The notes: generated from the letters alone by a model not told the origin. Shown: positions 1 through 9,086, counted from the stretch's first letter. The stretch is DNA of 63,674 nt from an uncultured Candidatus Saccharibacteria bacterium (GCA_964588395.1 CAZPPF010000001.1:6656-70329), one strand, 5' to 3'. A program made the numbers and translations.

Positions 1-1
1 G

Positions 2-370
2 GCCGGCGTGGCTTACGTCTATTTCACCTACGGCATGCATTTTTGCTTCAACGTGGTTACTGGGCAGCCAGGTGAGGGCAGTGCGGTGCTAATTCGGGCA
101 CTTGAACCGATGGAGGGGTTGGAGATAATGCGGACGAATCGCGGCGGGCGGGACGATGTGGGCGATGGTCCGGCTAAACTATGCCAGGCTCTTTTAATAG
201 ACCGCCAGCTCAACGGACATGATCTGTCCCGTCCGCCGCTGCAGCTTAAGTTGCAACCTGCATTGGACTCTTCAGATATTGTTCAAACCACTCGGATTGG
301 CATTAGTCGAGAGCAACATCAACCCTGGCGGTTTTATATCAAAAATAGTCCGTTTATATCCAAAAAGTAA
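2..370 (+). CDS. DNA-3-methyladenine glycosylase (AAG/MPG family), C-terminal part; 5' end lies outside the window
   Basis: The reading frame is open to the window edge. The translation YFTYGMHFCFNVV..GSAVLIRALEP..GPAKLCQAL..RIGIS..PWRF matches the conserved core of the AAG/Mpg glycosylase family. Confidence 0.8.
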   Translation, partial: AGVAYVYFTYGMHFCFNVVTGQPGEGSAVLIRALEPMEGLEIMRTNRGGRDDVGDGPAKLCQALLIDRQLNGHDLSRPPLQLKLQPALDSSDIVQTTRIGISREQHQPWRFYIKNSPFISKK

Positions 371-397
371 TTGAAAAGCGAGCCAATGAAGCTTATG

Positions 398-871
398 CTA
401 AAGACTGGAAGTGTGAGGCTTCCCTCGACCCTGGCTTATCGCTGGGGTCATTTTTATTTGGCAGTCGCTGCAGTAGCCGCGGATTTCCAGCTGGTGGCCA
501 GTCGCTTCAAAATTGTTCTCATCAGCAAGCTTCATCAACTCTTTTTCGAGTGTAGCATCTTCGTTGAGTGGGATAACCTTGCCACAGTTCAAGCAGGTCA
601 GATGATGATGATGGTTAACAAATGCATCACTTAGCTCTAACTTGTACTTCCAGCCAATCTGCAGACGATGAACTATTCCTAACCCTTCAAATAATTGTAT
701 CGTACGGTATACACTGGCGCGGTCGGCCACGGCGCCAACTTTGTCTATAAGCTCAGCCATAGTCAGGGCATCGTGTAGCGCCAAGATCTCAAAAACCGTG
801 CGACGAACCACCGTAAGACTGGAATGACGTTTCTTTAAAACAGTTTTGAGCTGAGAAATATCAGGTGTCAT
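398..871 (-). CDS. Fur-family metalloregulator (probable Zur)
   Basis: It has a winged-helix N-terminus (VYRTIQLFEGLGIVHRL), an HHHH..C..C metal site and a C-terminal CSDC. I chose the start at MTPDISQ (ATG 869-871) rather than the ORF-track start at 907. It is divergent from a ZIP transporter gene. Confidence 0.85.
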   Translation of the reverse strand: MTPDISQLKTVLKKRHSSLTVVRRTVFEILALHDALTMAELIDKVGAVADRASVYRTIQLFEGLGIVHRLQIGWKYKLELSDAFVNHHHHLTCLNCGKVIPLNEDATLEKELMKLADENNFEATGHQLEIRGYCSDCQIKMTPAISQGRGKPHTSSL

Positions 872-872
872 A

Positions 873-909
873 TCGCAATCATAGCAAAAATTGCGACAAA
901 TTTGCAATT
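873..909. promoter_or_regulatory. Candidate Fur/Zur operator: three ATTGC/GCAAT half-sites in the divergent fur-ZIP intergenic region
   Basis: TCGCAAT (873-879) and ATTGCGA (890-896) are exact reverse complements. AATTGC (889-894) and GCAATT (904-909) form a second dyad. The site is AT-rich and directly abuts the fur start codon. Confidence 0.45.
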
Positions 910-953
910 ATTATTAGTTAAATTTATGCTGGTTCGGTAATAAGGAACCAAAA

Positions 954-1739
954 ATGCATCCCTCTGTATGGCTTGTTTTGGCAGTCTCATTGGCTGGCGA
1001 CATAGCAGTTTTTATCTCCAGTACGTTACTACTGAGCTACAAAACAACGGTAAATTGGCTCGCCAAATACGCCACACCATTTGCGGCTGGAGCATTGCTA
1101 GCGGCCGCTTTTCTAGATTTTTTACATGATGGCGTTGAACAATACGAGCCGCTCACTGTATTAACAGCCGCACTGGTTGGAGTGATCTTCTTCTTTTTGC
1201 TAGAAGGCTGGCTGCACTGGTTTCATCACCACAGTGTTGAGCCATTTGAGAAGCACGGTACCCACAAAGAATCGGCTGAACCGGTTACAGTGCTTGTGAC
1301 AGCCGGCAACTGGCTCCATAACTTTATCGATGGTGCGGCAATTGCTGCCGCCTTCCTGGTCAGTCCAAGCACAGGAGTCATTACAACCTTTGCGGTTGCG
1401 ATGCACGAAATCCCCAGGGAAATGGCCGACTCTGGTTATTTGCTCAAACGCGGCATGAAAAAAAACGGAGTGATAATGGTTCACGGCGTGGCAATTATTG
1501 TCACGGCCATCGGCACACTTTTGTTTTATCTAACCGCAAGAACCAACACGGTGCTACTGGCTTGGTTACTTGGCTCCACGGCTGGCTTCTTTATCTATGT
1601 GGCCGCCAGCGATATTATTCCCAGTATCCAGGCGTCCAGGGAAAAACCAAAGCTATTTGACTTACAGGCTGCTCTGGTTATATTGGGTGCTGCCCTGGTT
1701 GGATCGGTGATAGTCGTTGCTCACCACTTTATCGGTTAG
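954..1739 (+). CDS. ZIP-family divalent metal (zinc) transporter, ZupT-like
   Basis: Multi-pass membrane protein with the ZIP signatures HNFIDGAAIAAAF and HEIPREMADSG and a His-rich loop (HWFHHHS). Confidence 0.85.
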   Translation: MHPSVWLVLAVSLAGDIAVFISSTLLLSYKTTVNWLAKYATPFAAGALLAAAFLDFLHDGVEQYEPLTVLTAALVGVIFFFLLEGWLHWFHHHSVEPFEKHGTHKESAEPVTVLVTAGNWLHNFIDGAAIAAAFLVSPSTGVITTFAVAMHEIPREMADSGYLLKRGMKKNGVIMVHGVAIIVTAIGTLLFYLTARTNTVLLAWLLGSTAGFFIYVAASDIIPSIQASREKPKLFDLQAALVILGAALVGSVIVVAHHFIG

Positions 1740-1751
1740 GCATAAACACGG

Positions 1752-1757
1752 TACAAT
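1752..1757 (+). promoter_or_regulatory. -10 box TACAAT placed so that the rmuC ATG is the predicted +1 (leaderless)
   Basis: TACAAT ends at 1757 and the ATG begins at 1764, a 7-nt offset. There is no room for a Shine-Dalgarno sequence. Confidence 0.45.
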
Positions 1758-1763
1758 GTAGGT

Positions 1764-2816
1764 ATGATCATTGCGGTGATATTTTTGGGGGTTTTCTGTC
1801 TGGTTCTACTCGGTGTACTGCTATTTTTCGTCATTAACAAGTCAGAAAATAAAACTGATACAGGTGCCATACTGCAGTTGTCTGAAAGTGTTTCTAAGCT
1901 TCAGAATGATATTCAGAAAGAACTGACCAGTCATTTGGGCAAAAGCCAAGAGGGATTACTCAGGCAGTTCCAGACCAGCAATAAGATTGTCGCGGATGTA
2001 AGCAAGCAACTAGAAGCACTCAAGAATACGAATCAACAGGTTATTAATGTCACTGACGAGCTCAAAACACTTCAAAATATCCTAACCAACCCAAAACAGC
2101 GTGGCAATGTTGGCGAGATCCATCTGGAAACTATTTTGCAGAATATTTTGCCCCCAGGCGTGTTCCAGATGCAATATGGCTTTAAGAACGGCGAAATAGT
2201 CGATGCGGTCATATTTGTTGATAAAAATATTGTGCCAATAGACTCGAAGTTTTCGCTAGAAAACTATAACCGCTTGCGTGAGGCAAAGGATGCGCCCTCA
2301 CGAATCCTTTTGAGCGCAGAGTTCAAAAAAGACGTAAAAAAACGAATTGACGAAACTTCTAAGTATATTCGACCGCGGGAAAATACCACTGATTTTGCTT
2401 TTATGTTTATCCCGTCTGAGGCAATTTACTATGATTTGCTTGTCAATAAAGTTGGTGACGCTGGAAGTGATTCGCGGAATCTAATTGAGTATGCCTCGCG
2501 AAAAAAAATAATTATAACCTCTCCGACTACTTTTCTTGCATATCTACAGACAGTTATGCAGGGACTAAGAGGCATGAAAATCGAAGAACAAGCTATGGAA
2601 ATCCAAAAACGGGTAGGCGAACTGAGTAAGCACATTTCAGCTCACGAAGATTCTATGCAGCGGCTTGGTAACAGCTTGGGTGCGACCGTGAACCACTACA
2701 ATAGTGCGCACAAACAACTCAAATATATCGATAAAGATGTGGTGAAGATTGCAGATACCAGCGCAGGCGTAGAACCGTTGCTGCTTGATCGCCCAAATGA
2801 CGGAGAAAATGATTAA
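1764..2816 (+). CDS. rmuC: DNA recombination protein RmuC
   Basis: N-terminal TM helix, a coiled-coil region, then the RmuC nuclease-like core (RGNVGEIHLETIL..VDAVI..IDSKF..FMFIPSEAIYYDL). Confidence 0.85.
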   Translation: MIIAVIFLGVFCLVLLGVLLFFVINKSENKTDTGAILQLSESVSKLQNDIQKELTSHLGKSQEGLLRQFQTSNKIVADVSKQLEALKNTNQQVINVTDELKTLQNILTNPKQRGNVGEIHLETILQNILPPGVFQMQYGFKNGEIVDAVIFVDKNIVPIDSKFSLENYNRLREAKDAPSRILLSAEFKKDVKKRIDETSKYIRPRENTTDFAFMFIPSEAIYYDLLVNKVGDAGSDSRNLIEYASRKKIIITSPTTFLAYLQTVMQGLRGMKIEEQAMEIQKRVGELSKHISAHEDSMQRLGNSLGATVNHYNSAHKQLKYIDKDVVKIADTSAGVEPLLLDRPNDGEND

Positions 2817-3437
2817 GTGGGTGACGAAAAAAAAGCGGACAACACTACAATACAAGAGGCAGGCAAGAAACGCCCTAAGAAAAAAATACTTGTTGTTGGC
2901 CTGGGTTTATTGGCATTTGGTTTAGTCTATTTATTTGTGAGTTACAACCGAACGCCTTCCAACGGAATAATAAATAATGATGCTATTGCTCAAACAAATA
3001 CAAAACAATCAGAACCACAAAATCGACACTACACTGGAACTGCCGTATCAATTGAGTATCCTGAAGAATACGGAGACATTCATAATAATCCACCTAGTGG
3101 ACTTGTTGTCGAACAATTTAGCCTTGTTGCAAATAAGGGTATAACAGATACGCGAAACGTTGGAATAACGGTCAAAAGAAAAGATGCAGGAGTAGTTATG
3201 CGCGAAGATGCGGCTTATAAGCTGCGTATGGCAGACCAAGCGCACTTTACTGCTTCTATGGTCACCGTGGGTGATAACACTGCTGAGCAGTTCATTAAAC
3301 ATGATGGGTCAGAGATCACGTTCTTTATTGATAGCCCAAAGTATTACGTAACAATTTCAGGCACAACTGGTACTAGCCGGCAACAATTATCTGATGATAT
3401 GAATCTAATTGTCGGTAATTTTAAATGGCTGAAGTAA
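2817..3437 (+). CDS. Hypothetical N-terminally membrane-anchored protein
   Basis: The GTG start directly follows the rmuC stop codon. It has a basic N-terminus, one TM helix (ILVVGLGLLAFGLVYLFV) and a ~150-aa extracytoplasmic domain. I recognised no motif. Confidence 0.5.
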   Translation: MGDEKKADNTTIQEAGKKRPKKKILVVGLGLLAFGLVYLFVSYNRTPSNGIINNDAIAQTNTKQSEPQNRHYTGTAVSIEYPEEYGDIHNNPPSGLVVEQFSLVANKGITDTRNVGITVKRKDAGVVMREDAAYKLRMADQAHFTASMVTVGDNTAEQFIKHDGSEITFFIDSPKYYVTISGTTGTSRQQLSDDMNLIVGNFKWLK

Positions 3438-3466
3438 AGCTCACTTTAGTATACTGGTAGATAAGC

Positions 3467-4537
3467 ATGGGGATTTTAAAATCAACACTCTTTGGACTGG
3501 GCGGCATAGCGCTACTATTTGCAGCCTCACCATCTAGCTCAACGTACCAACTTCAATCTTATGGTATTGGGTCCGGAGGCAGTTCAGACAGTAGCTCAGC
3601 TACCTATAGGTCAACTACCATTAGTGGAGAACAGGGTTCAGCCTCAACTACCAGCACAACCTACAAAGCTGGCACCGGCATAATTCCAACTCAGCAAGCA
3701 AATGTTCCAGCCGCTCCTGCCGTCACAAATCCTTCAAATTACTACAATAAATTGCACATAGTCATTAACAATGGTGGTAACCCCAGTGACGCAACCTTTG
3801 CCATTGCAATTAGTCCCGATGGGTTTAGTCCAACCACAAATTATGTAAAAAGTGACCACACAGTCGGTGCGACTCTTATTAGTACGGACTGGCAAACCTA
3901 TACGACATGGGGGGGTAGCAGTGGTTTTGATGTCATAGGGTTGCTACCAAACACCACCTACACTGTCAAAGTTAAAGCCGAACACGGAGACTTTACTGAG
4001 TCAGGCTACAGTGCAGCTGCCAGTGCAAGCACCGTTGGTGCAAGTCTGACATTTGATATTGACGTTTCGGCAACCGATACAGACACTAGTCCACCGTATA
4101 CTGTTTCGTTTAACGCCCTAACGCCCAATAATGTAATAGATAGTAATCAAAAGGTTTGGATCGATCTTGATACCAATGGACAAAATGGTGGGGCAGTATT
4201 TGTGGTTTCAGCCAATGCGGGACTCCATAGTATTGCTGCAAGTAACACTATCAATTCTGCTACAGCCAATCTTGCAAGTGTAAACGAAGGGTATGGAGCA
4301 CAGAATTCCTCGGCAACACAGTCTTCTGGTGGACCTCTGACAGCCCAATCTCCATTTACTGGCTCATCACAAAACGTTGGCATTTTGGATACGATACTTA
4401 CCCGAGTGTATGCATCGTCTGGACCAATTGTGGCTGGTCGGGGCTCGTTACTGCTAAAAGCACGAGCAACTTCTACCACACCAGCCGCAATCGACTACTC
4501 GGATGTTTTAACATTAATTGCTTCTGCTAGCTTTTAA
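3467..4537 (+). CDS. Secreted surface protein: FN3-like domain plus WxL-like C-terminal half
   Basis: Signal peptide present. FN3-like segment (PAAPAVTNPS..LPNTTYTVKVKAEHGDFTESGYS). The C-terminal half aligns with that of the next gene and ends in TPAAIDYSDVLTLIASASF-stop. Confidence 0.6.
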   Translation: MGILKSTLFGLGGIALLFAASPSSSTYQLQSYGIGSGGSSDSSSATYRSTTISGEQGSASTTSTTYKAGTGIIPTQQANVPAAPAVTNPSNYYNKLHIVINNGGNPSDATFAIAISPDGFSPTTNYVKSDHTVGATLISTDWQTYTTWGGSSGFDVIGLLPNTTYTVKVKAEHGDFTESGYSAAASASTVGASLTFDIDVSATDTDTSPPYTVSFNALTPNNVIDSNQKVWIDLDTNGQNGGAVFVVSANAGLHSIAASNTINSATANLASVNEGYGAQNSSATQSSGGPLTAQSPFTGSSQNVGILDTILTRVYASSGPIVAGRGSLLLKARATSTTPAAIDYSDVLTLIASASF

Positions 4538-4564
4538 CAGCTTGTGGATAAACACGGAAAAGGT

Positions 4565-4593
4565 TTGACACCCGCGCGAGTAAAACGTAAGCT
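4565..4593 (+). promoter_or_regulatory. Sigma70-like promoter: TTGACA, 17 nt, TAAGCT
   Basis: TTGACA at 4565-4570, a 17-nt spacer, then TAAGCT at 4588-4593. It lies 22 nt upstream of the 4615 ATG. Confidence 0.5.
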
Positions 4594-4614
4594 TTACCTA
4601 AGAACTTCAATTTT

Positions 4615-5661
4615 ATGAAAGAAAGAACACAAATTATGCAAACATTAAATAGGCCGCTGTATTTTATTGCAGCGTTTTTATTGGTGATAGCCGCAATTTT
4701 CGGAATTTTGGCATCAAGAGCTAATGCTGCAACATTAACGAACTCATACATCCGTCTGGACCGCATGAAAGCGGGGCAAACCACTTCTTTCAGACTGGTA
4801 TTTAAGACAGTTGGTGCTGGTGCTACAACGGTAGCAGTTAACTTCAATGGAGCTGACTCAACAACTTGGACAGGCTCATCTGGTGTAGTTAATGCCACTC
4901 AAACGGCTGTCGGTGCCGCTGGATGTGATGCCAGTGCAACTTCATTGCCGGGTACACTGAGCGCTTCAGGCTCGGGTTCAACGGTGACAATTACCGGTGT
5001 GACTGCTCTTTCTGCTACAACAGCCTATTGCGTTGACTTAACTTCTACGACTGCAGTAACCGATGCAAGCGCAGGTGAATACCACCCAACTATAACTGTT
5101 GGTAGCGACTCAACCACCGTAGCAGTTCGCACAATTTCTGATGACCAGGTGACGGTTAATGCAACCGTACCACCATCTTTTAACTTCGTACTGGACGCAA
5201 ACAGTGCCAACTTCACCAGCAGTTTGGACACTTCCAACGTACGTAAAACTTCTGACCGAACAGTTACTATAACAACGAATGCAATCAATGGTTGGATAGC
5301 CTGGGCAAAAGACTTGAACACAGGGCTACTTTCTTCAACGGCTTCTCATACGATTGCTTCAACCACGCCTGGAACTGCCGCCACCTTAAGTAATGGTACC
5401 GAAGGTTATGTTGTCGGCGTCGAAGTTACTACTAACGCTTCAGGCGGTGGTAACCCTTCAATACCTCTTGCATATCAAGGTACTGCTGCTAATAATGCCG
5501 GTAGTGGTCTTGACTCTACCTATCGCATGATCGCAAGCTCTGCTGGCACAGCAAATGGTGATGTAATTACCTTCCGTGGGAAAGCTGCAATTGACGGAAA
5601 CACTCCTGCCGCAACTGATTACGCGGACACCTGGACTATCATTGGCGCTGGTTCGTTCTAA
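4615..5661 (+). CDS. Secreted WxL-like surface protein (candidate major subunit)
   Basis: Signal peptide with an ANA-A cleavage motif. The protein is Thr/Ser/Ala/Gly-rich and looks beta-rich. It contains NGWIAW and ends in TPAATDYADTWTIIGAGSF-stop (W-x-[LI] motifs). It has its own promoter and a strong terminator. An alternative start is at ATG 4636. Confidence 0.6.
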   Translation: MKERTQIMQTLNRPLYFIAAFLLVIAAIFGILASRANAATLTNSYIRLDRMKAGQTTSFRLVFKTVGAGATTVAVNFNGADSTTWTGSSGVVNATQTAVGAAGCDASATSLPGTLSASGSGSTVTITGVTALSATTAYCVDLTSTTAVTDASAGEYHPTITVGSDSTTVAVRTISDDQVTVNATVPPSFNFVLDANSANFTSSLDTSNVRKTSDRTVTITTNAINGWIAWAKDLNTGLLSSTASHTIASTTPGTAATLSNGTEGYVVGVEVTTNASGGGNPSIPLAYQGTAANNAGSGLDSTYRMIASSAGTANGDVITFRGKAAIDGNTPAATDYADTWTIIGAGSF

Positions 5662-5684
5662 CCAGTTTAAAAAGTAGCGATAAA

Positions 5685-5707
5685 GCCGGCCAAATGGCCG
5701 GTTTTTT
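5685..5707 (+). terminator. Rho-independent terminator
   Basis: GCCGGCC, loop AAAT, GGCCGGT: a 7-bp GC-rich stem with one G-U pair. It is followed by TTTTTT (5702-5707) and sits 24 nt after the stop codon. Confidence 0.8.
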
Positions 5708-5758
5708 ATTGATCTTTGGAAATGATAACAATGCCCCTGTTATACTAGATGGTAATAA

Positions 5759-6835
5759 ATGGGTATTGTTAGACCACTTCGACTTTGGGGAATTATCTGT
5801 GTGCTGGCTGTCAGCATTTTATTGTATGGACGAGGCCATGCCCAATCTGACACTGGCGCCCTGAACCTGACAACCTCACCACTGCCCATCAGCTTGACGG
5901 CTAAACCGGGCGAAACAATTACGACTGAACTACGCGTCAAGAACAGTGGCACTAAAACTGAAGTACTCAAAGTCGGTCTCATGAAGTTTAGTGCGGTTGG
6001 TGAAGAAGGTAAGCCCCAACTGGATGACCGTCAACCAGGCGATGACTACTTTGACTGGGTCAGCTTCTCCGAGAACCAGTTCGTTGCCCAACCGAATGAA
6101 TGGAAAAGTATCACGATGACCGTGGCGGTACCGAAGACCGCAGCACTTGGTTACTACTATGCCGTGACGTTTTCACGCGCCAACCCCGAGACTGCGATCG
6201 ACAAAAACGCCCAAGTTCGGGGTGGCACCGCTACGCTCGTATTGCTTGATGTCCTCTCGCCTAACGCCAAGCGTCAAGCCAAGCTTACCGACTTTCATAC
6301 CACCAGAAAGATCTACGAGTTCCTGCCCGTTACTTTCGTCATTAAGTTAGCTAACACCGGCAACATTCACTTAGCACCGTCGGGCACCATTTACATTAAA
6401 CGTGGTAAACAGCAGATCGATACCATTCCGGTTAACACTACCAAAGGCAATATTCTACCAAAGAGCAGCCGTGTCTTTACGGTCCAGTGGGATGATGGCT
6501 ATCCAGTCTACAAAACGAAAGAGGCAGGTGGTACCACAGTGCTCAAGAATGGCCAACCAGTTATGACGTTGCATTGGGATAACGGCAAGCTGGGCAAATT
6601 ACGTTTCGGTAAATACACCGCTAACTTACTGATGACGTACGATGATGGCACGCGCGATGTGCCGCTGGAAGCCAGCGTTAGCTTCTGGGTAGTGCCGTGG
6701 AGACTAATTATAGGCATTATCTTAGTTCCACTAATTCCGGCATTACTTGTGTACTTCATTATGAGACGACGATTTAAGAAAAAGCTTGCCAAACATACGG
6801 CACCTCAGACAAGTCAGAAGGTAAGTAAATCGTGA
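5759..6835 (+). CDS. DUF916/DUF3324-like cell-surface protein, C-terminal TM anchor (paralogue 1)
   Basis: Signal peptide (..GRGHA-QSD), a ~290-aa beta-rich ectodomain, a single C-terminal TM helix and an Arg/Lys tail. The architecture matches CscA-type proteins of WxL loci. Confidence 0.6.
   Translation: MGIVRPLRLWGIICVLAVSILLYGRGHAQSDTGALNLTTSPLPISLTAKPGETITTELRVKNSGTKTEVLKVGLMKFSAVGEEGKPQLDDRQPGDDYFDWVSFSENQFVAQPNEWKSITMTVAVPKTAALGYYYAVTFSRANPETAIDKNAQVRGGTATLVLLDVLSPNAKRQAKLTDFHTTRKIYEFLPVTFVIKLANTGNIHLAPSGTIYIKRGKQQIDTIPVNTTKGNILPKSSRVFTVQWDDGYPVYKTKEAGGTTVLKNGQPVMTLHWDNGKLGKLRFGKYTANLLMTYDDGTRDVPLEASVSFWVVPWRLIIGIILVPLIPALLVYFIMRRRFKKKLAKHTAPQTSQKVSKS
5837..6705 (+). repeat. Copy 1 of an 869-bp perfect direct repeat (offset 1061 bp)
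   Basis: Identity with 6898-7766 begins at CATGCCCAATCTGAC and ends at GTGCCGTGGAGACT. The flanking bases differ (c5836 vs t6897; a6706 vs g7767). The encoded ectodomains are 100% identical. Confidence 0.9.
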
Positions 6836-7881
6836 AACGAACTAGCCTACTATTTATAATCATTATTCTGGCTACGGTGTTTGTAGTCCCCTTTATTCAT
6901 GCCCAATCTGACACTGGCGCCCTGAACCTGACAACCTCACCACTGCCCATCAGCTTGACGGCTAAACCGGGCGAAACAATTACGACTGAACTACGCGTCA
7001 AGAACAGTGGCACTAAAACTGAAGTACTCAAAGTCGGTCTCATGAAGTTTAGTGCGGTTGGTGAAGAAGGTAAGCCCCAACTGGATGACCGTCAACCAGG
7101 CGATGACTACTTTGACTGGGTCAGCTTCTCCGAGAACCAGTTCGTTGCCCAACCGAATGAATGGAAAAGTATCACGATGACCGTGGCGGTACCGAAGACC
7201 GCAGCACTTGGTTACTACTATGCCGTGACGTTTTCACGCGCCAACCCCGAGACTGCGATCGACAAAAACGCCCAAGTTCGGGGTGGCACCGCTACGCTCG
7301 TATTGCTTGATGTCCTCTCGCCTAACGCCAAGCGTCAAGCCAAGCTTACCGACTTTCATACCACCAGAAAGATCTACGAGTTCCTGCCCGTTACTTTCGT
7401 CATTAAGTTAGCTAACACCGGCAACATTCACTTAGCACCGTCGGGCACCATTTACATTAAACGTGGTAAACAGCAGATCGATACCATTCCGGTTAACACT
7501 ACCAAAGGCAATATTCTACCAAAGAGCAGCCGTGTCTTTACGGTCCAGTGGGATGATGGCTATCCAGTCTACAAAACGAAAGAGGCAGGTGGTACCACAG
7601 TGCTCAAGAATGGCCAACCAGTTATGACGTTGCATTGGGATAACGGCAAGCTGGGCAAATTACGTTTCGGTAAATACACCGCTAACTTACTGATGACGTA
7701 CGATGATGGCACGCGCGATGTGCCGCTGGAAGCCAGCGTTAGCTTCTGGGTAGTGCCGTGGAGACTGTTAGCAGTATTTATCGGCATTCCAGCAGTACTG
7801 CTAGCAATAATAATTTATCTTGTGGTATCTAGACGAAAATATAAGAAACAGGCCAAACGAGCCGAAACGGCAAAAAAATGA
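6832..7881 (+). CDS. DUF916/DUF3324-like cell-surface protein, C-terminal TM anchor (paralogue 2)
   Basis: The GTG start overlaps the upstream stop (GTGA). It has a different signal peptide (..VVPFIHA-QSD), an identical ectodomain, and a different TM anchor and tail. Confidence 0.6.
   Translation: MKRTSLLFIIIILATVFVVPFIHAQSDTGALNLTTSPLPISLTAKPGETITTELRVKNSGTKTEVLKVGLMKFSAVGEEGKPQLDDRQPGDDYFDWVSFSENQFVAQPNEWKSITMTVAVPKTAALGYYYAVTFSRANPETAIDKNAQVRGGTATLVLLDVLSPNAKRQAKLTDFHTTRKIYEFLPVTFVIKLANTGNIHLAPSGTIYIKRGKQQIDTIPVNTTKGNILPKSSRVFTVQWDDGYPVYKTKEAGGTTVLKNGQPVMTLHWDNGKLGKLRFGKYTANLLMTYDDGTRDVPLEASVSFWVVPWRLLAVFIGIPAVLLAIIIYLVVSRRKYKKQAKRAETAKK
6898..7766 (+). repeat. Copy 2 of the 869-bp perfect direct repeat
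   Basis: See copy 1. The antisense ORFs 6508-6792 and 7569-7787 also translate identically across their shared part, which confirms nucleotide identity. Confidence 0.9.
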
Positions 7882-9047
7882 AACAGCTTATACCCACCAT
7901 GTTTAAGAAATTGCTCTTATTACTTTATCTAGTGCCTATCCTACTTTTATCGGTGGCGCAAGGTTATGCAGCCTCTTCAAAGGGGGGAATTACAATTACA
8001 CCTCCCTTTCAAGAAGTGTTGATACTGCCAAATCAAACCAGTGTGCCAGGTAGCTTCGCAGTTGCAAATAATAGTTCACAGCCATCTACTTTTTCTCTGT
8101 CGACAGTAGACATGGGAGCACTAGACGATACGGGCGGTGTAGTATTTTCTGGTCTGTCGGCAGACTATCAGCAAAAATATGGACTTGCCCATTGGCTCAA
8201 ACTTGATACCGATAAAATTACGATTCAGCCCAAAAGTTCAGCGGTGGTTGGCTTTTCGATCCAGAACAACAGCACACTGGGTCCTGGCGGACACTATGGA
8301 GCTATTATTGTTAAGTCAACCGACCAAAACTCAAATTCAAAAAATCAAGTTAATTTAGCACCACAAGCGGCGTCGCTTTTATTTGTTAGAAAAGTGGGCG
8401 GAGAAATCTATAACCTAAAGCTTGAACCACCAACTTCCAAGACCTATTTATGGAAGCTGCCCACCAGTGCAACAGTTCGATTACGAAATGACGGGAACAT
8501 TCATGTAGTACCACGTGGTATTGTTATGCTCAAAGATCACTCCGGCCGCGAAGTCAGTAGGGGTGTAATCAACCCTGAATCATCACTGATTTTGCCCGAG
8601 CATGTAAGAGACTTTTCTGTGGTGTTTATGCCGCATAAACGTTTGCTCTTACCAGGAACGTATACTATCTCAGTTTCATATCGTTTTGAGGGTAGTGACA
8701 AGTTTGTAACTCAAACGTATAGCATCCGTTTTCTGAATTTACCACTTATTGGTCTTGGGTTGATACTTTTGATTACTCTCATTTTACTCATCAAACGCTT
8801 TGGCATTCGGCTTAAACGGCGAATTACAAAAATTTCACACATGAGAATGGTGAAAAAAATGTTTAAAAATGGCAAAGCATACGATACGGGTAGACCAACC
8901 AAGCGCATTAATCGTAACCAATCTAAACCCTTCTTCTTTTGGCCTACACGTAAACGCAAGCGGATAGCCATCCGTGACGGCGATAAGGATACTCAAAAGC
9001 TATCAAAAACTATGGATATAAAAGCGCCCAAAAAGCGCTCAAAATGA
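7878..9047 (+). CDS. DUF916/DUF3324-like cell-surface protein, divergent third paralogue with a long basic tail
   Basis: ATGA overlap with the upstream gene. Signal peptide present. GGITITPPFQEVLILPNQTS..GGHYGAIIV and RLRNDGNIHVVPRG..PGTYTISVSY resemble the DUF916 and DUF3324 halves. It has a C-terminal TM helix and an ~85-aa Lys/Arg-rich tail. Confidence 0.6.
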   Translation: MKQLIPTMFKKLLLLLYLVPILLLSVAQGYAASSKGGITITPPFQEVLILPNQTSVPGSFAVANNSSQPSTFSLSTVDMGALDDTGGVVFSGLSADYQQKYGLAHWLKLDTDKITIQPKSSAVVGFSIQNNSTLGPGGHYGAIIVKSTDQNSNSKNQVNLAPQAASLLFVRKVGGEIYNLKLEPPTSKTYLWKLPTSATVRLRNDGNIHVVPRGIVMLKDHSGREVSRGVINPESSLILPEHVRDFSVVFMPHKRLLLPGTYTISVSYRFEGSDKFVTQTYSIRFLNLPLIGLGLILLITLILLIKRFGIRLKRRITKISHMRMVKKMFKNGKAYDTGRPTKRINRNQSKPFFFWPTRKRKRIAIRDGDKDTQKLSKTMDIKAPKKRSK

Positions 9048-9086
9048 CTCATTTTACCCCTTGTTGTAACCAATTTTAGCTGTTAA

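Noticed and set aside
371-634. 87-aa plus-strand ORF after the glycosylase gene.
   Set aside because: It lies antisense to the well-supported Fur-family gene.
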